Part shown: piece after piece, positions 10,495 through 21,998 of the stretch
Layout: each line of letters begins with the position of its first letter
Numbering within the stretch: position 1 is the first letter of the stretch
Source: Octopus sinensis
Lineage: Eukaryota
Reading direction: 5' to 3'
Length of the DNA stretch: 22,762 nt
NCBI RefSeq assembly: GCF_006345805.1
Contig: NW_021836731.1
Location: 1 to 22,762, forward strand
The notes under the pieces: model-generated
What the model was told of the DNA's origin: nothing
The model's input: the letters and a program-made list of their open reading frames with translations, nothing else
Database searches by the model: none
Position numbers and translations under genes: made by a program

Positions 10495-11517
10495 ACGAGG
10501 AGGTACCCAAAAGTAATCAGAAACGTTCTCTGTGGGACAAGTCCATTGCAGTTAAGCCTTCCGCCATTAGAAGCCACTTGATGCGATCCTAAGGGATCAG
10601 TCTAATGACCGGCATGCTCGTGTGCGGTCGCACTGTCACGAGCTGTGACTTTGTTTTGGAATGCTTCTCCCCTGTTCGTCAGGTTTTGCGATGGCTAAAA
10701 CGAAGGAACAGCGTGCCTCCGTGGAATTTTGATTTCTGCTGGGTAAAATGGAAGCCGAAAGTGTTGCCATGCTTCAAACAGATTACAAGGACGTTACCAT
10801 GAGCAAAACACAACACACACACACCAAAAACACAAGTTTACATGTTGTTTTCATGCTTTAGCGATAGTCACTTGTCGCTTGAAGACCAACGTCATTCGGT
10901 GGAACCATCGACCTCCCGAACAAATGAAAACATCACGTAAATTCATGAACTGATCTTGAAGGACTGTCGCCGAAATTTGACGAACTTGTTGATATGAATG
11001 ATGTTCCTGGAGCTCCTACCAACGAAGTTTGAGCGAGGAATTGCGAATGAAAAGAGTTGCAGCAAAATTTGTGCTTCTCTTGCTCACGGAAGATAAAAAC
11101 CAGTCACGACTGCTAGGGCTACAACCTGGAAACAAAGAAGCAATCAAGTTAATGGAAGCATTCTATGTCACCACGCCCCGCACAAGCGCGTCAAGTGAAG
11201 TCCAATATCAAGGTGATGCTAATTTGTTTCATCAACGCGAGAGGAATTTTTCGCAGAGAATTTGTTCCACCTGGTCAAATTGTTAGCCAGACATTTTGCT
11301 TGGCAGTTCTGAAGCATTTGCGAGACGCGGTGAGACGAAAACGCCCCGAACATTGGCAAAGTGGAGAGTGGTGGTTTCATCACGAAAATGCGCATGCGCA
11401 CACCACCTTGAGTGTGAGACAGCTTTTGACTAAAAATGGCATAACCTCGATTACTCACACTCCCTATTCACTCGATCTTGCTCCCTGCGACATTTTTGTT
11501 CCCCCGAATGAAAAATG
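10495..11517 (+). mobile_element. Decayed mariner (Tc1/mariner) DNA transposon, internally deleted and 3'-truncated
   Basis: TIR-like ACGAGGAGGTACCCAAAAGTAA at ~10495. ATG at 10691 reads MAKTKEQRASVEF*FLLGK, followed by AAKFV-LLL, KVMLICF, WFHHENAHAH (HDNA motif) and HTPYSLDLAPCD (YSPDLAP motif). Stops and frameshifts; ends at (CATA)n. Confidence 0.92.
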
Positions 11518-11539
11518 CATACATACATACATACATACA

Positions 11540-11573
<34 letters not shown>

Positions 11574-11594
11574 AACACACACACACACACACAC
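11518..11594. repeat. (CATA)n then (CA)n microsatellite
   Basis: Direct reading. Confidence 0.95.
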
Positions 11595-11702
11595 GCATAG
11601 AAAATTTATGATAAACACAAAAAGCAGTTTATATCATTTGTTCCCTACATACTTTTCACCATCGTGGTTATTTGCATCATTGCATCCCAGCATCCTCTGC
11701 AG

Positions 11703-11807
11703 TGTGCGTTCCGCTGCAATTCGCTGCTTCAGCACAATACTTCTTGGATGAAACACTGTGGATCAATAAATTCATCAGTAGCAGTGGTGTATGTAGCGGA
11801 ACGCACA
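11703..11807. other. Long imperfect inverted repeat (hairpin)
   Basis: TGTGCGTTCCGCTGCA (11703-18) pairs with TGTAGCGGAACGCACA (11792-807). TCGCTGCT/AGCAGTGG extends the stem, and GATGAA/TTCATC forms an inner stem. Confidence 0.7.
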
Positions 11808-11814
11808 AGAAATA

Positions 11815-11856
<42 letters not shown>

Positions 11857-12360
11857 TGTTGCTCGTGAAGCTATAGTGACTTAAGTGCGAAGAGTTTCGT
11901 CCAGTACGATCATAATCTTGATAAGTGCATTGACACGAAACTGCAGGTCCCCTGAGTCACTGTAGCTTTTCTCGGTTAATGAAATTAATATGTTCCACTT
12001 CAATTTATTGATTTGTATTTCTCATATTTCTAAGCATATGTACCAATATATCGTGCTACCAATTAATGTGCGTGTGCGAGCGCGTTTATGTGCTTGTGTG
12101 CGCGCGTGTGTATGTATGTGTGTGTGAGTGTGTGTCTGCTTGCATGTATTCATCTCATTTAGTGATTGGAGTGTGAGGTCGAAAGATTTGCCGATGAGTC
12201 GGGGGAACATTTTTTGTTATGAGTTCTCTATATGCAATCAAAACGGAAATCAACGGGTAAAAATTTTATGCGGCGTTCTGCAATTTGTATATGTATAGCA
12301 GCTGCATAACGTTCACAATATTAGCTGCGTCCGAATGTGGGGGCTTCTGCACTTCTGTTC

Positions 12361-12362
<2 letters not shown>

Positions 12363-12409
<47 letters not shown>

Positions 12410-12462
12410 ACACAAATACACACAAACACACACACACACACACATACACACACAAATACACA

Positions 12463-12526
<64 letters not shown>

Positions 12527-12527
12527 A
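12363..12527. repeat. (CA)n-(TA)n microsatellite containing an exact 40-bp tandem duplication
   Basis: 12401-12440 is identical to 12441-12480. Confidence 0.9.
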
Positions 12528-12695
12528 TATGTATACCAACGCAAACGCACACAAATATATATATGTGTATATTAATTTATCTATCTATCGGCCTGTCTCT
12601 CTGTCTATTTCTGTCTGTCCGTCCGTCCATTTTTCTATCGTATCTCTCTTTTCTATGTATCTATTTATCTATATGTCTGTCTGTCTATCTATCTA

Positions 12696-12738
<43 letters not shown>

Positions 12739-13146
12739 GGATGCTCTGTCCAGAATATATGATATAGGAGATCATGTTCTGCCACAATTCGCCTCTTCCT
12801 GATATTTAATGCTTGTTTCTTTGAACCACTTCGTGAAGCTTGACCTGCTTATCATCCTTTTCCTTCCTCGGTTTCTTCATTCACTTATTCCGGCCATCGC
12901 TACAATCACTCTTTCCTCGTCACATGACCGAGAAATCTCAGAGAATGAACAAAAACAGATTGTCTCACCTGCACAAATATGTATGTATGTGTGAGTGCGT
13001 GTTTATGCATGTGTGTGTGACTGCGCTTCTGTGTGTTTGTGTGCGTGTGTGTTGCGTGCATGTGTGTATGTGCATGTATGTGTGTGTGTGTGTACTTGTG
13101 TGGGTGCATGTGCACGTGTGTGTGCCTGTGTGTACGTGTGTTTGTA

Positions 13147-13180
<34 letters not shown>

Positions 13181-13270
13181 AAGAGAGAAAGAAAGGAATA
13201 TGTAGTTAAAGCCTTATATTCCTAACTTGGACTAGTGTTGTCTTTCTTCGCCCTCTCTATTAATACTACC

Positions 13271-13646
13271 GGAGGCGCAATGGCCCAGTTGTTAGGGCAG
13301 CGGACTCACGGTCATAGGATTGTAGTTTCGATTCCCAGACCGGGTGTTGTGAGTGTTTATTGAGCCCAAAAACACTTAACGCTCCACAAGGCTCCGGCGT
13401 GTGGGTGGGGTCGAACCCTGCTGTGCTCTTTCGCTACAACTTTCTCTCACTCTTTCTTCCTGTTTCTGTTGTACCTGTATTTGAAAGGGCCAGCCTTGTC
13501 ACACCTTGTGTCACGCTGAATCTCCCCGAGAACTACGCTAAGGGTCTGTGGAGTGTTCAGCCACTTGCACATTAATTTCATGAGCCGGCTGTTTCGTTGA
13601 TCGGATCAACTGAAACCCACGCCTCGTAACCGACGAAGTGCCGTCG
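13271..13646 (+). mobile_element. Full-length tRNA-derived SINE, family B, with perfect 10-bp TSD
   Basis: Colinear with 4589-4966. TSD TAATACTACC at 13261-13270 and 13647-13656. Confidence 0.92.
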
Positions 13647-13903
13647 TAATACTACCCATTCATCTTTACTTCTGTCACTCAAATTCTTTGTATACACCAA
13701 AATATCTCTCCCTCTTTCGTTCTCTTTCTCTCTCCGTCGTTCTCTCTGTCTCTCTCTGTCTGTCTTTATCCATTTATTTATCCATCTATCTATATATCTA
13801 CCTACCTATTGATATATCAATCAATTTATCTATCTATTTATCTATCCATCTATTTATCTCTCTATCTATCTATCAATCTATTTATCTATTTGTCTATCTA
13901 TCT

Positions 13904-15098
13904 GTCGCCGTTTGTGAGGCACGCTTTCCCGCAGCTCGTCTCCATGACCGAACTGCAGTCGTGGATCAAAAAGAGGCCGAGGAAGGGCGAATGGCACCGC
14001 GAGTGTCGCGTTGCTCTCAAGCAACTCTGCCGTCCTGGGTCGACCTTAAGTGACTTCAACACAACCAAAGCATTCTATAGGGGTTTAGTGGAGGGGAGGT
14101 ACGACGACGAGCTCGGGGCGAACCTGGACGTCGACGAGGAGTACCTGACTTTCGGGCCAGGGCCCATGGACAACTTCCAGAGATCCCTGGCCTGGCAGTG
14201 CTACCGAGAAGCGCTACCCGTTCGGGATAAGCTCTACAGACACGGCTCGAGAAACACGGGGCCGACCTGCCCGAGATGCGGTCAGAGCGACGAAACCGTT
14301 CTGCACGCACTCGTTCAGTGTCCAACAATTTCCGACCTGTGGGCTTATGTCGAACAACTGCTGTCACGTGTGGGACGAGTCGGTTTATCAGCTGAGTCTA
14401 TCGTCAATATTGTCACGCCTCCTTCCTTCAAACGGGAATGAAGAGCTATTTTCATCATCCTTGTGGCTATGGCGAAAGAATGTATCTGGTGGACGCGTCT
14501 GAAAGGATTGGAGACAAACACTTTCCTCTCTGGTCAATCTCTCATCAACTTCTTCAAGTACCACTTGAAAAGGAAAGTGAGAGTAGAGAGGCAAGTTTTG
14601 TCTAGCGAATGTTTTAAAAAAAGATGGGTGAATGTAGCAAGAATGGCACGTATGAATGACGAAGCCACCTTGAGCATAGTCCTATGAACCCAGAAATCGA
14701 AAACAGAGAGTTGCTTATGTGAAAAAAAAAAAAAAAAAAAAAGAAATATAAAATGTGACTTCATTGACCGAGGTTACCGTGGTCTTTTCCGCAGGCTTTT
14801 CTTTCCACGGGTAAACCTCACCTGTCCTCCCCTTTACACTTCATATTGACATTTCTGTGATAACGATCCCTATTGATCATTTTTTTTTTTTCCTCTCCCC
14901 CCCTTTTTTTTTTTTATTTATTTATTTTTTTTTTTTTTAACCCCCCTTATTTTTGTCCTCTTTCTCTCCTTTTACGATCCCTTTTGATCGAACCTCCCCT
15001 TCCTTTTTTTTTTTTTTTTTTAATACCTTCAAAAAGAAAAGCTCTACCTTGTAATTTGTTCTATCTGTGTGCAGCCCTGTGTGGCTAATAAAGAAACA
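13904..15098 (+). mobile_element. 5'-truncated Tx1/L1-clade non-LTR retrotransposon (copy 2): ORF2 C-terminus plus 3' UTR, embedded in (TCTA)n
   Basis: Highly similar to 18386-19526. CCHC-type zinc motif CPRC...ETVLHALVQC; premature TGA at 14439-41; AATAAA at 15087-92; TCTA repeats on both sides. Confidence 0.9.
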
Positions 15099-15125
15099 TA
15101 TCTATCTATATTATCTATCTATTTA

Positions 15126-15212
<87 letters not shown>

Positions 15213-15580
15213 GTCTGTCTGTCTATCTATCACTTCCTATAGCAGAATGCCAGTTTGTGTCCAATTAGAATGCCACCCTTCATCCGATCACAGCAGCTTA
15301 TTCTACCCAATCAGTAAAGGCTTCGTTTAACAAGTTAATTTCCGCAGCGTTATTGTCACAAAAGCTGTTCGAACCTTGATCGTTATTCTTCTCTCTTCAC
15401 TCCATTTCTATAGCTTTTCTTAGATCCTTTGTCTTCTGTCTTTCCATTCTTTATTGTCGTCTGTTCTACTTATCAAACAAGTCTAAATTAAAATGTTGGT
15501 AAACAACGATTACGAGATGTAATCAGTACATATATACTAAAGCAGCAGTAGGGATTAGCTAAACGACAAATACTGAAAAC

Positions 15581-15902
15581 TGGTACTCCGTCGGTTACGA
15601 CGACGAGCGTTCTCATTGATCCCATCGACGGGGCCGCCTCCTCGAGAAATTAACGTGCAAATACCTGAGCACTTCACAAATGCGTACACTCAACGAGGTT
15701 CTCAGAGGGAGTCAGCGTGATACAGAATGTGATAGGGCTGGCCCATTTCACATACAGGTACTGCTCATTTTTGCCAGCTGAATCAACAGGGACAATATGA
15801 AATGAAGTGTCTTGCTCAAGCATGCAATACGCTGCCAGGAATTGAACTCATGACCTGACGATCGTGAGCCGAATAACCTGACCACTGAGCTACGCACCTT
15901 CA
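15581..15902 (-). mobile_element. tRNA-derived SINE sharing the family B 3' tail but with a different head and middle
   Basis: 15581-15745 is the reverse complement of the family B tail (GTAACCGACGGAGTACCA). The head on the minus strand has AGCTCAGTGG and GAGTTCAATTCC boxes and a CORE-like TTGAGCAAGACACTT. Confidence 0.78.
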
Positions 15903-16050
15903 CTCCTGTAACATAGCGGCTTGGTAAATAGAGAATGATAGAATAAATACCAGACATTAGAATATTGTACATGGTTTGACTTGTTCGACTAAACCCAGCA
16001 AGGTGGTACCCCAGCATGTCCGCAGCCCAATGAGGGACGCAAACAAACGA
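15903..16050 (+). mobile_element. Degraded family A tail
   Basis: GATAGAATAAATACCAG...GTTCGACTAAA...GGTGGTACCCCAGCATGTCCGCAG resembles 290-370. Confidence 0.6.
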
Positions 16051-16212
16051 AAATAATAGTAGCTCACAATTAAATCCTATGTATACTAAATGATATTCAT
16101 CTCTCGCTTTTGTTGATCTTATATATAAAGGAACAGTCATACAGTAACCCCTCGCCATATCGCCGTTCACCTATCGCGGTTTATTTTTTAACTTACGCTG
16201 ACTCCTCTATGG

Positions 16213-16306
16213 AGTGTCTTCTATAAGCTCCGACCGACCAAAGCCTTGTGAGTGGATTTGGTTGACGGAAACGTCGTTTGTATGTGTGTATGTGCGTGTG
16301 TGTGTG

Positions 16307-16347
<41 letters not shown>

Positions 16348-16540
16348 TCCACTACCCCCGCATGACAACTGGTGTTGCTATGTCTACATCTCCATAACTT
16401 AGTTGTTCGGCAAAAGAAACCGATACAATAAGTACCAGGTTTACAAAAGCAAGCGATGATGTCGATTCATTCAACTAAAATTTCTTCAAGGATTGCCCCA
16501 TTATAGCCACAGTCTAAAGACTGAAACAAGTAAAAGATAG
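16213..16540 (+). mobile_element. 5'-truncated family A SINE with internal (TG)n
   Basis: CCGACCAAAGCCTTGTGAGTGGATTTGG, then (TG)n, then TTCGGCAAAAGAAACCGATACAATAAGTACCAGG...GACTGAAACAAGTAAAAGA. Confidence 0.8.
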
Positions 16541-16546
16541 ATAGAC

Positions 16547-16599
<53 letters not shown>

Positions 16600-16768
16600 C
16601 GATAGACACATTGATAATGAGACATTCACAAAATAAATGAATATTTCATTGTCTCCTTAGTTCATTATCTTCCTTAAACCTTATTCTGTCTCCGTTGCTC
16701 TACATATGTTCATGGGGGTTACTATATGAAGAGATCTCCAGACACGCACACATCTATCTGTCTGTCTG

Positions 16769-19189
16769 CCGACGTTGTAGCAGCGAGGTTGGCCCTCGAC
16801 CAACACTTCATCGCCAAACACGAAGGGTGTGTTGTCAGAGCTAGGATGCGTGCTCTAAGGAACGAAGGTGTTGGAGCCGCGCGAGAGGCCCGGGTGGCAG
16901 AAGCGCAACAGGGCAACAAAGCCACCATTCGGTCTCTGGTAGATGAACAGGGGCGCGAATTACTCGAGCCAAGTAAAATGTGTGATCCTTTCAACAGCAT
17001 TTTGCCCGACTGTTCGAGAAGTGTGGCGGGCAAGAACGTGGGGTGGACTTCAGTGCCTACCTACACAGCCTGCCACGACTCTCGACAACAGAGGCAGGGG
17101 GCTGCGAAGGTGCCATCACGGCGGCGGAAGTGCGGGACGCGATGGCAGAATGCTCGAGGGACAAATCGCCGGTTTGGATGGTCTACCCTACGAGCTTTAC
17201 AGTTGTATGCCAGACTTGTTTGGAGACTTCTTAGCAGCGGTGTACTGCAACTGGCAGCAAAACGGGAGCATCCCTGGTTTTGTGAGCCGAGGAGCCGTAA
17301 CACTGCTGAAGAAAGTTCTAAACAAGGCAGATGTAATTGATAAATTTAGCCCATCACTCTGGTTAATGCAGACTTGAAAATTTTGGCCAAGAGGTTGGCG
17401 CTTGTCATCGAGAAACTGGTCGACAAGGCGCAAACGTGCGCCGTGCCGGACCTGAGCATCCATGACAACCTCCATCTGATGCGCTACATCATAGACAGGG
17501 TAGTTAAGGATCAATCGAAAGCTTTCGATACGGTAGACCATCGATACTTGGAGGCTGTGCTCAGAGCGGCTGGTTTCGGTCCCGTGTCCCGCGGCTCAAT
17601 AGCCGCTTTGTACAGAGGTATCCGTTCAGTAATTCGCGTAAATGGGCATTTTTCGAGACCTTTCGACATTGCACGTTCGGTCTGTCAGGGATGCTCCCTC
17701 TCGTCGCTTCTCTACGTATTGACTCTCGAGCCATTATTGCGGAAGTTGGCAACTCTGAGGGGCATCTCGTGAGAACTGGGATGCGGGACGTGCGTGTCGG
17801 CATACGCCGACGACGTCACCGTCATAGTATCTAGCCACGAGCACATCAAGCTGGTCGGCGAGACACTGAAAGACTACGAAGCGGTGACAGGAGCGAAAAT
17901 CAACCGGGAAAAATCAGTGGGCTTGCGGCTCGGCACCTGGAGAAGCAAGCCCATGCCGTCCACCAACGCCTCCGTCGTGGGACGCTGGACCGACGGTCCG
18001 GTCGAGTTGCTCGGGGTCTGGTTTGGTCCGGACCTCCAAATGGAGAAAAACTGGAACGAGATAACGAGTACGGTGGCCACTCTCGCCCGGCAATGCACCG
18101 AGAGGAAACTGTCCCTAAAAGGTCGGGCGGAGGTGGCGAACTCATACATCGCGTCCGTCATCTACTACCGCCTGACCGTCGTGCCTTATCCCGACCCTAC
18201 TATCACCAAACTACAACGCATTCTCTTTCGCTTCTTGTGGAAAGGATGCGTCCCGATGGTCAGGCGATCCATTTGCTGTCAACACCCGTTAAAAGGAGGA
18301 CTGGACATGCCTTTGTTGATGATGCGCAGACACGCGCTGTAACTGCGACATTTCAGGCTCTACGTAGACGACGGTGAACAGGTGTGGTCGCCGTTTGTGA
18401 GGCACGCTTTCCCGCAACTCGTCTCCATGACCGAACTGCAGTCGTGGATCAAAAAGAGGCCGAGGAAGAGCGAATGGCACCGCGAGTGTCGTGTTGCTCT
18501 CAAGCAACTATGCCGTCCCGGGTCGACCTTGAGTGACTTCAAAACATTCAAGACATTCTATAGGGGATTAGTGGAGGGGAGGTACGATGACGAGCTCTGG
18601 GCGAACCTGCACGTCGACGAGGAATACCTGACCCACCTATTCAGGACGACATTCGGGCCAGGACCCATGGACATCTTCCAGGGATCCCTGGCCTGGCAGT
18701 GCTACCAAGAGGCGCTACCCCGTTCGGGATAAGCTCTACAGACACGGCTCGCGAAACACGGGGTCGACCTGCCCGAGACGCGGTCAGAGCGACGAAACTG
18801 CTCTGCACGCAATCGTGCAGTGTCCAAAAATTTCCGGCCTGTGGGCTTATGTCGAACGACTGCTGTCACGTGTGGGACGAGTCGGTTTATCAGCCGAGTC
18901 TATCGTCAATATTGTCTCGCCTCCTTCCTTCAAACAGGAAGGAAGAGCTATTTTCATCATTCTTGTGGCTATGGCGAAAGAATGTATTTGGTGGACGCGT
19001 CTGAAAGGATTGGAGACAAACATTTTCCTTTCTGGTCAATCTCTCATCAACTTCTTCAAGTATCACTTGAAAAGGAAAGTGAGAGTAGAGAGGCAAGTTT
19101 TGTCTTGCGAATGTTTCAAAAAAAGATGGGTGAATGTAGCAAGGATGGCACGTATGAATGACGAAGCCACCTTGAGCATAATCCTATGA
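16769..19189 (+). pseudogene. Disrupted ORF2 (reverse transcriptase plus C-terminal zinc-binding region; endonuclease absent because of truncation)
   Basis: KSP/GLDGLPYELY, DQSKAFDTVDH, VCQGCSLSSLLYVLTLEPLL, AYADDVTV, GAKINREKS, LSLKGRAEV, KGGL-MP. Stops at 17770-72 and 18340-42 plus several frameshifts. Confidence 0.92.
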
Positions 19190-19526
19190 ACCCGGAATAA
19201 TTTAAAACAGAGGGTTACCTACTTGCAAACAAATATGTTAACATATGACACTATTAACCGAGGTTACCGTGGTATTTTTCGTAGGCTTTTCTTTCCACGG
19301 ATAAACCCTATCTGCTTCCCCTTTTACACTTTACATCATGACATTTCTGTGATACACGATCCCTATTGATCGTTTTTTTCCTTTTCTTTTTTCTTTCCCT
19401 TTTACAATACCTTTTGATCGAAAACCTACCCCACTTTTTTTCTTTTTGTTTCTTTTCTCCCCATAAAGAAAAGCTCTACTTTGCAACCTGTCCCGTCTGT
19501 GTGCAGCCCTGTGTGACTAATAAAGA
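16769..19526 (+). mobile_element. 5'-truncated Tx1/L1-clade non-LTR retrotransposon (copy 1), flanked by TCTA/TCTG repeats
   Basis: Colinear ORF2 remnant, 3' UTR, and AATAAA at 19519-24 directly followed by (TCTA)n. The 5' junction is CATCTATCTGTCTGTCTG. Confidence 0.93.
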
Positions 19527-19603
<77 letters not shown>

Positions 19604-19650
19604 GTCTGTATGTATGTATGTCTCTCTCTCTCTCTATATATATATATAAA
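19527..19650. repeat. Perfect (TCTA)n array grading into (TGTA)/(TC)/(TA)
   Basis: Direct reading. Confidence 0.95.
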
Positions 19651-20725
19651 TATAAATGTGACTGCATGTACATCTTTAAAACTAAAAGCTGCATATTTCC
19701 TTCCCAATTACCTTTTTATCGTTTATGTGTATGTGTGTATATGCGTGTACATGTGTGTGTGTGTGTATATGTGCATACATACATGTGTATACGCATTTTG
19801 TTTCCTCGGTGCGCATGCGTTGATTTTTGCAGACGACCGTAATTTTCTGAATTCTTTTATCCTCTTCGTTTCAACTCTTTCTTTTATCTTTTATTGTTTT
19901 ATTTTGATATATTTTTATTCCTTCTTTCTTCCTACGCTTTAACAATGCAGGTATTTTTTAATTTTTCAAAGAAGGGAAAAATCGTTTCTTCTTAGAAAAT
20001 TCTGGATTCTGTTCCTAACAATAGATCCATTTTAGTGACTTTTCCTGTGATTTCCCCCCTTAACTATCACACTTCCACTTTTAGGAATCCCCGCCAATAC
20101 GATGTAGGTCTTCTATTTGGAGCAACATGAAATAAAATAACAAAGTAATACTTCCCAAACTATCTTATGAATAAAATAAGCAGGCAAGCCATAGATAATT
20201 TGTTGTGTTCGTTGTGGACTTTTTTTTATCGATGTAAAGCTTTTGTACGTACACATATCTTCGTTATCTTCGTGTACGTACACACATGTATGTTTTGCTT
20301 TGTTCTTATGCACGTGACTCTGTATAGGCGTAGAGTCATCATGATTCCATATAATATAAGGTGAAACTACGCACACTAATATACACACACACACGTCGAT
20401 ATATACGTCCGTATGCGTATGTGAACATATGTGTGTGTGTGTGTGCTATTTCATCTGCAACACACACACACACATACGCACACATATATATGCATGCATC
20501 TATTCTGGTATTCTTTTATTCTTTTACTCGTCCCTGTCATCTAAGAGCGGCCATGCTGGAGCACCGCCTTTAGTCGAGCAAATCGAGCCCAGGAATGATT
20601 CTTTGTAAGTCTAGTACTTATTCTATCGGTATCTTTTGCCGGGCCGCGAGCAAACGGACCTAAATACATCAAGCGATGGTGGGAGACAACAGACACAAAC
20701 ACACACACACACACACATATATGTA

Positions 20726-20786
<61 letters not shown>

Positions 20787-20950
20787 GTTAATCCAAACAA
20801 GAAAACACAAAAAAAACACCACAACGCGAGGACGTGGAACAAATATAGTATTATTGGACGCTCAGGAAAGAAGGGAAGAAGGGGGGTTTAACGTTTCGAG
20901 CGGAGCTCTTCGTCGGAAACATAGGAGAAGGAAAGATCCCGAGAAGGGAA
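20787..20950 (-). mobile_element. Penelope-pLTR-like fragment abutting (TA)n
   Basis: Not part of any other family A copy here; carries a minimal hammerhead motif on the minus strand. Confidence 0.55.
20886..20920 (-). ncRNA. Minimal type I hammerhead-like motif
   Basis: Minus strand GUUU-CCGACGA-A-GAGC-UCC-GCUC-GAA-ACGU-U-AAAC: stem I GUUU/AAAC, stem II GAGC/GCUC, palindromic ACGU in place of stem III, and a U4C core variant. Confidence 0.55.
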
Positions 20951-21734
20951 GTTTCCGTCTACCAAATACACTCACAAGGCTTTGGTTGGCCCGAGGCTAT
21001 AGTAGAAGACATTCACCCAAGGTGCCACGCAGTGGAACTGAACCCGGAACTATGTGGTTGGGAAGCAAGCTACTTACCACACAGCCACGCCTGAATATGT
21101 ATATATATATATACATAGGGAAAATGGAAAATAGAAGCGTTATTGTTCACAACAATCGCTTTGACCCATCTTCCATCGATCGCCCATCCGTGAGATACTC
21201 TACAGCGGGTTTCTCGTCAGGGAATTTTTCAATGGATATCTCCATATATATTTGTATATATGTATATACATGCATAGATGTATGTATGTTTGCACGTACG
21301 TACATATGGATGCATGTTTGTGTGTATGTAGTTTCACATTACGTGATCAGTGGTGAACAAGAATGTCTGATTATTTAAGATAAGCACGGTGTCGAAAAAC
21401 ACACCGATATTTCGGCATCGTATTTGAAACTGTGACCCACGAGTTAGGTAACGAATACTTGAAACAACACTGCCACTACAATTAGGTTACAAACTTTATA
21501 TGTTTTCGGTATTTTGATGATAAAATGAGTAATAAAATATCATTTTGTGTTTATCAGTTAGTTACGTGTCACTCAAAACCTATAACACATCGATATCAAA
21601 AATAATCTCTTTCCAGATCTCATAATCGTGTCTTTGTGTCTGTGTTTTATCTACGCACAAGACATTCTCTCTCTCCCTCTCTTTCTCTCTTTCTTTCTCT
21701 CTTTTTCCCCTCTTTTTCTCGTTATATGTTTGCG

Positions 21735-21765
<31 letters not shown>

Positions 21766-21886
21766 TATGAGTATGTCTGTATCTCTCTATATACGTGCAT
21801 GTATGTAGGTGGTGCTATTACGTTAGACAGGGCCAATCTTTGGTCGAAACATATCTAAGTTATCTAAGTACATATATACATATATG

Positions 21887-21926
<40 letters not shown>

Positions 21927-21927
21927 T

Positions 21928-21976
<49 letters not shown>
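21887..21976. repeat. (TA)n microsatellite
   Basis: Direct reading. Confidence 0.9.
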
Positions 21977-21998
21977 CGTATAAACATTATACATATAT

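Larger units (their letters stand above)
20512..21093 (-). mobile_element. Near full-length family A SINE interrupted at its internal microsatellite by a foreign insert
   Basis: Tail 20512-20690 (reverse complement of ~215-400), (CA)n/(TA)n at 20692-20786, insert at 20787-20950, head at 20951-21093. Confidence 0.85.

Noticed and set aside
11740-11780. CUGAUGA on the minus strand inside the hairpin
   Set aside because: No stem II or GAAA follows; not a hammerhead.
12760-12880. Possible RTE-type LINE 3' remnant on the minus strand (RNRGRKR...W)
   Set aside because: Too short and degraded to support.
16726-19189. Functional reverse transcriptase gene
   Set aside because: 5'-truncated (no endonuclease), with multiple stops and frameshifts; antisense ORFs here are shadows of GC-rich coding sequence.
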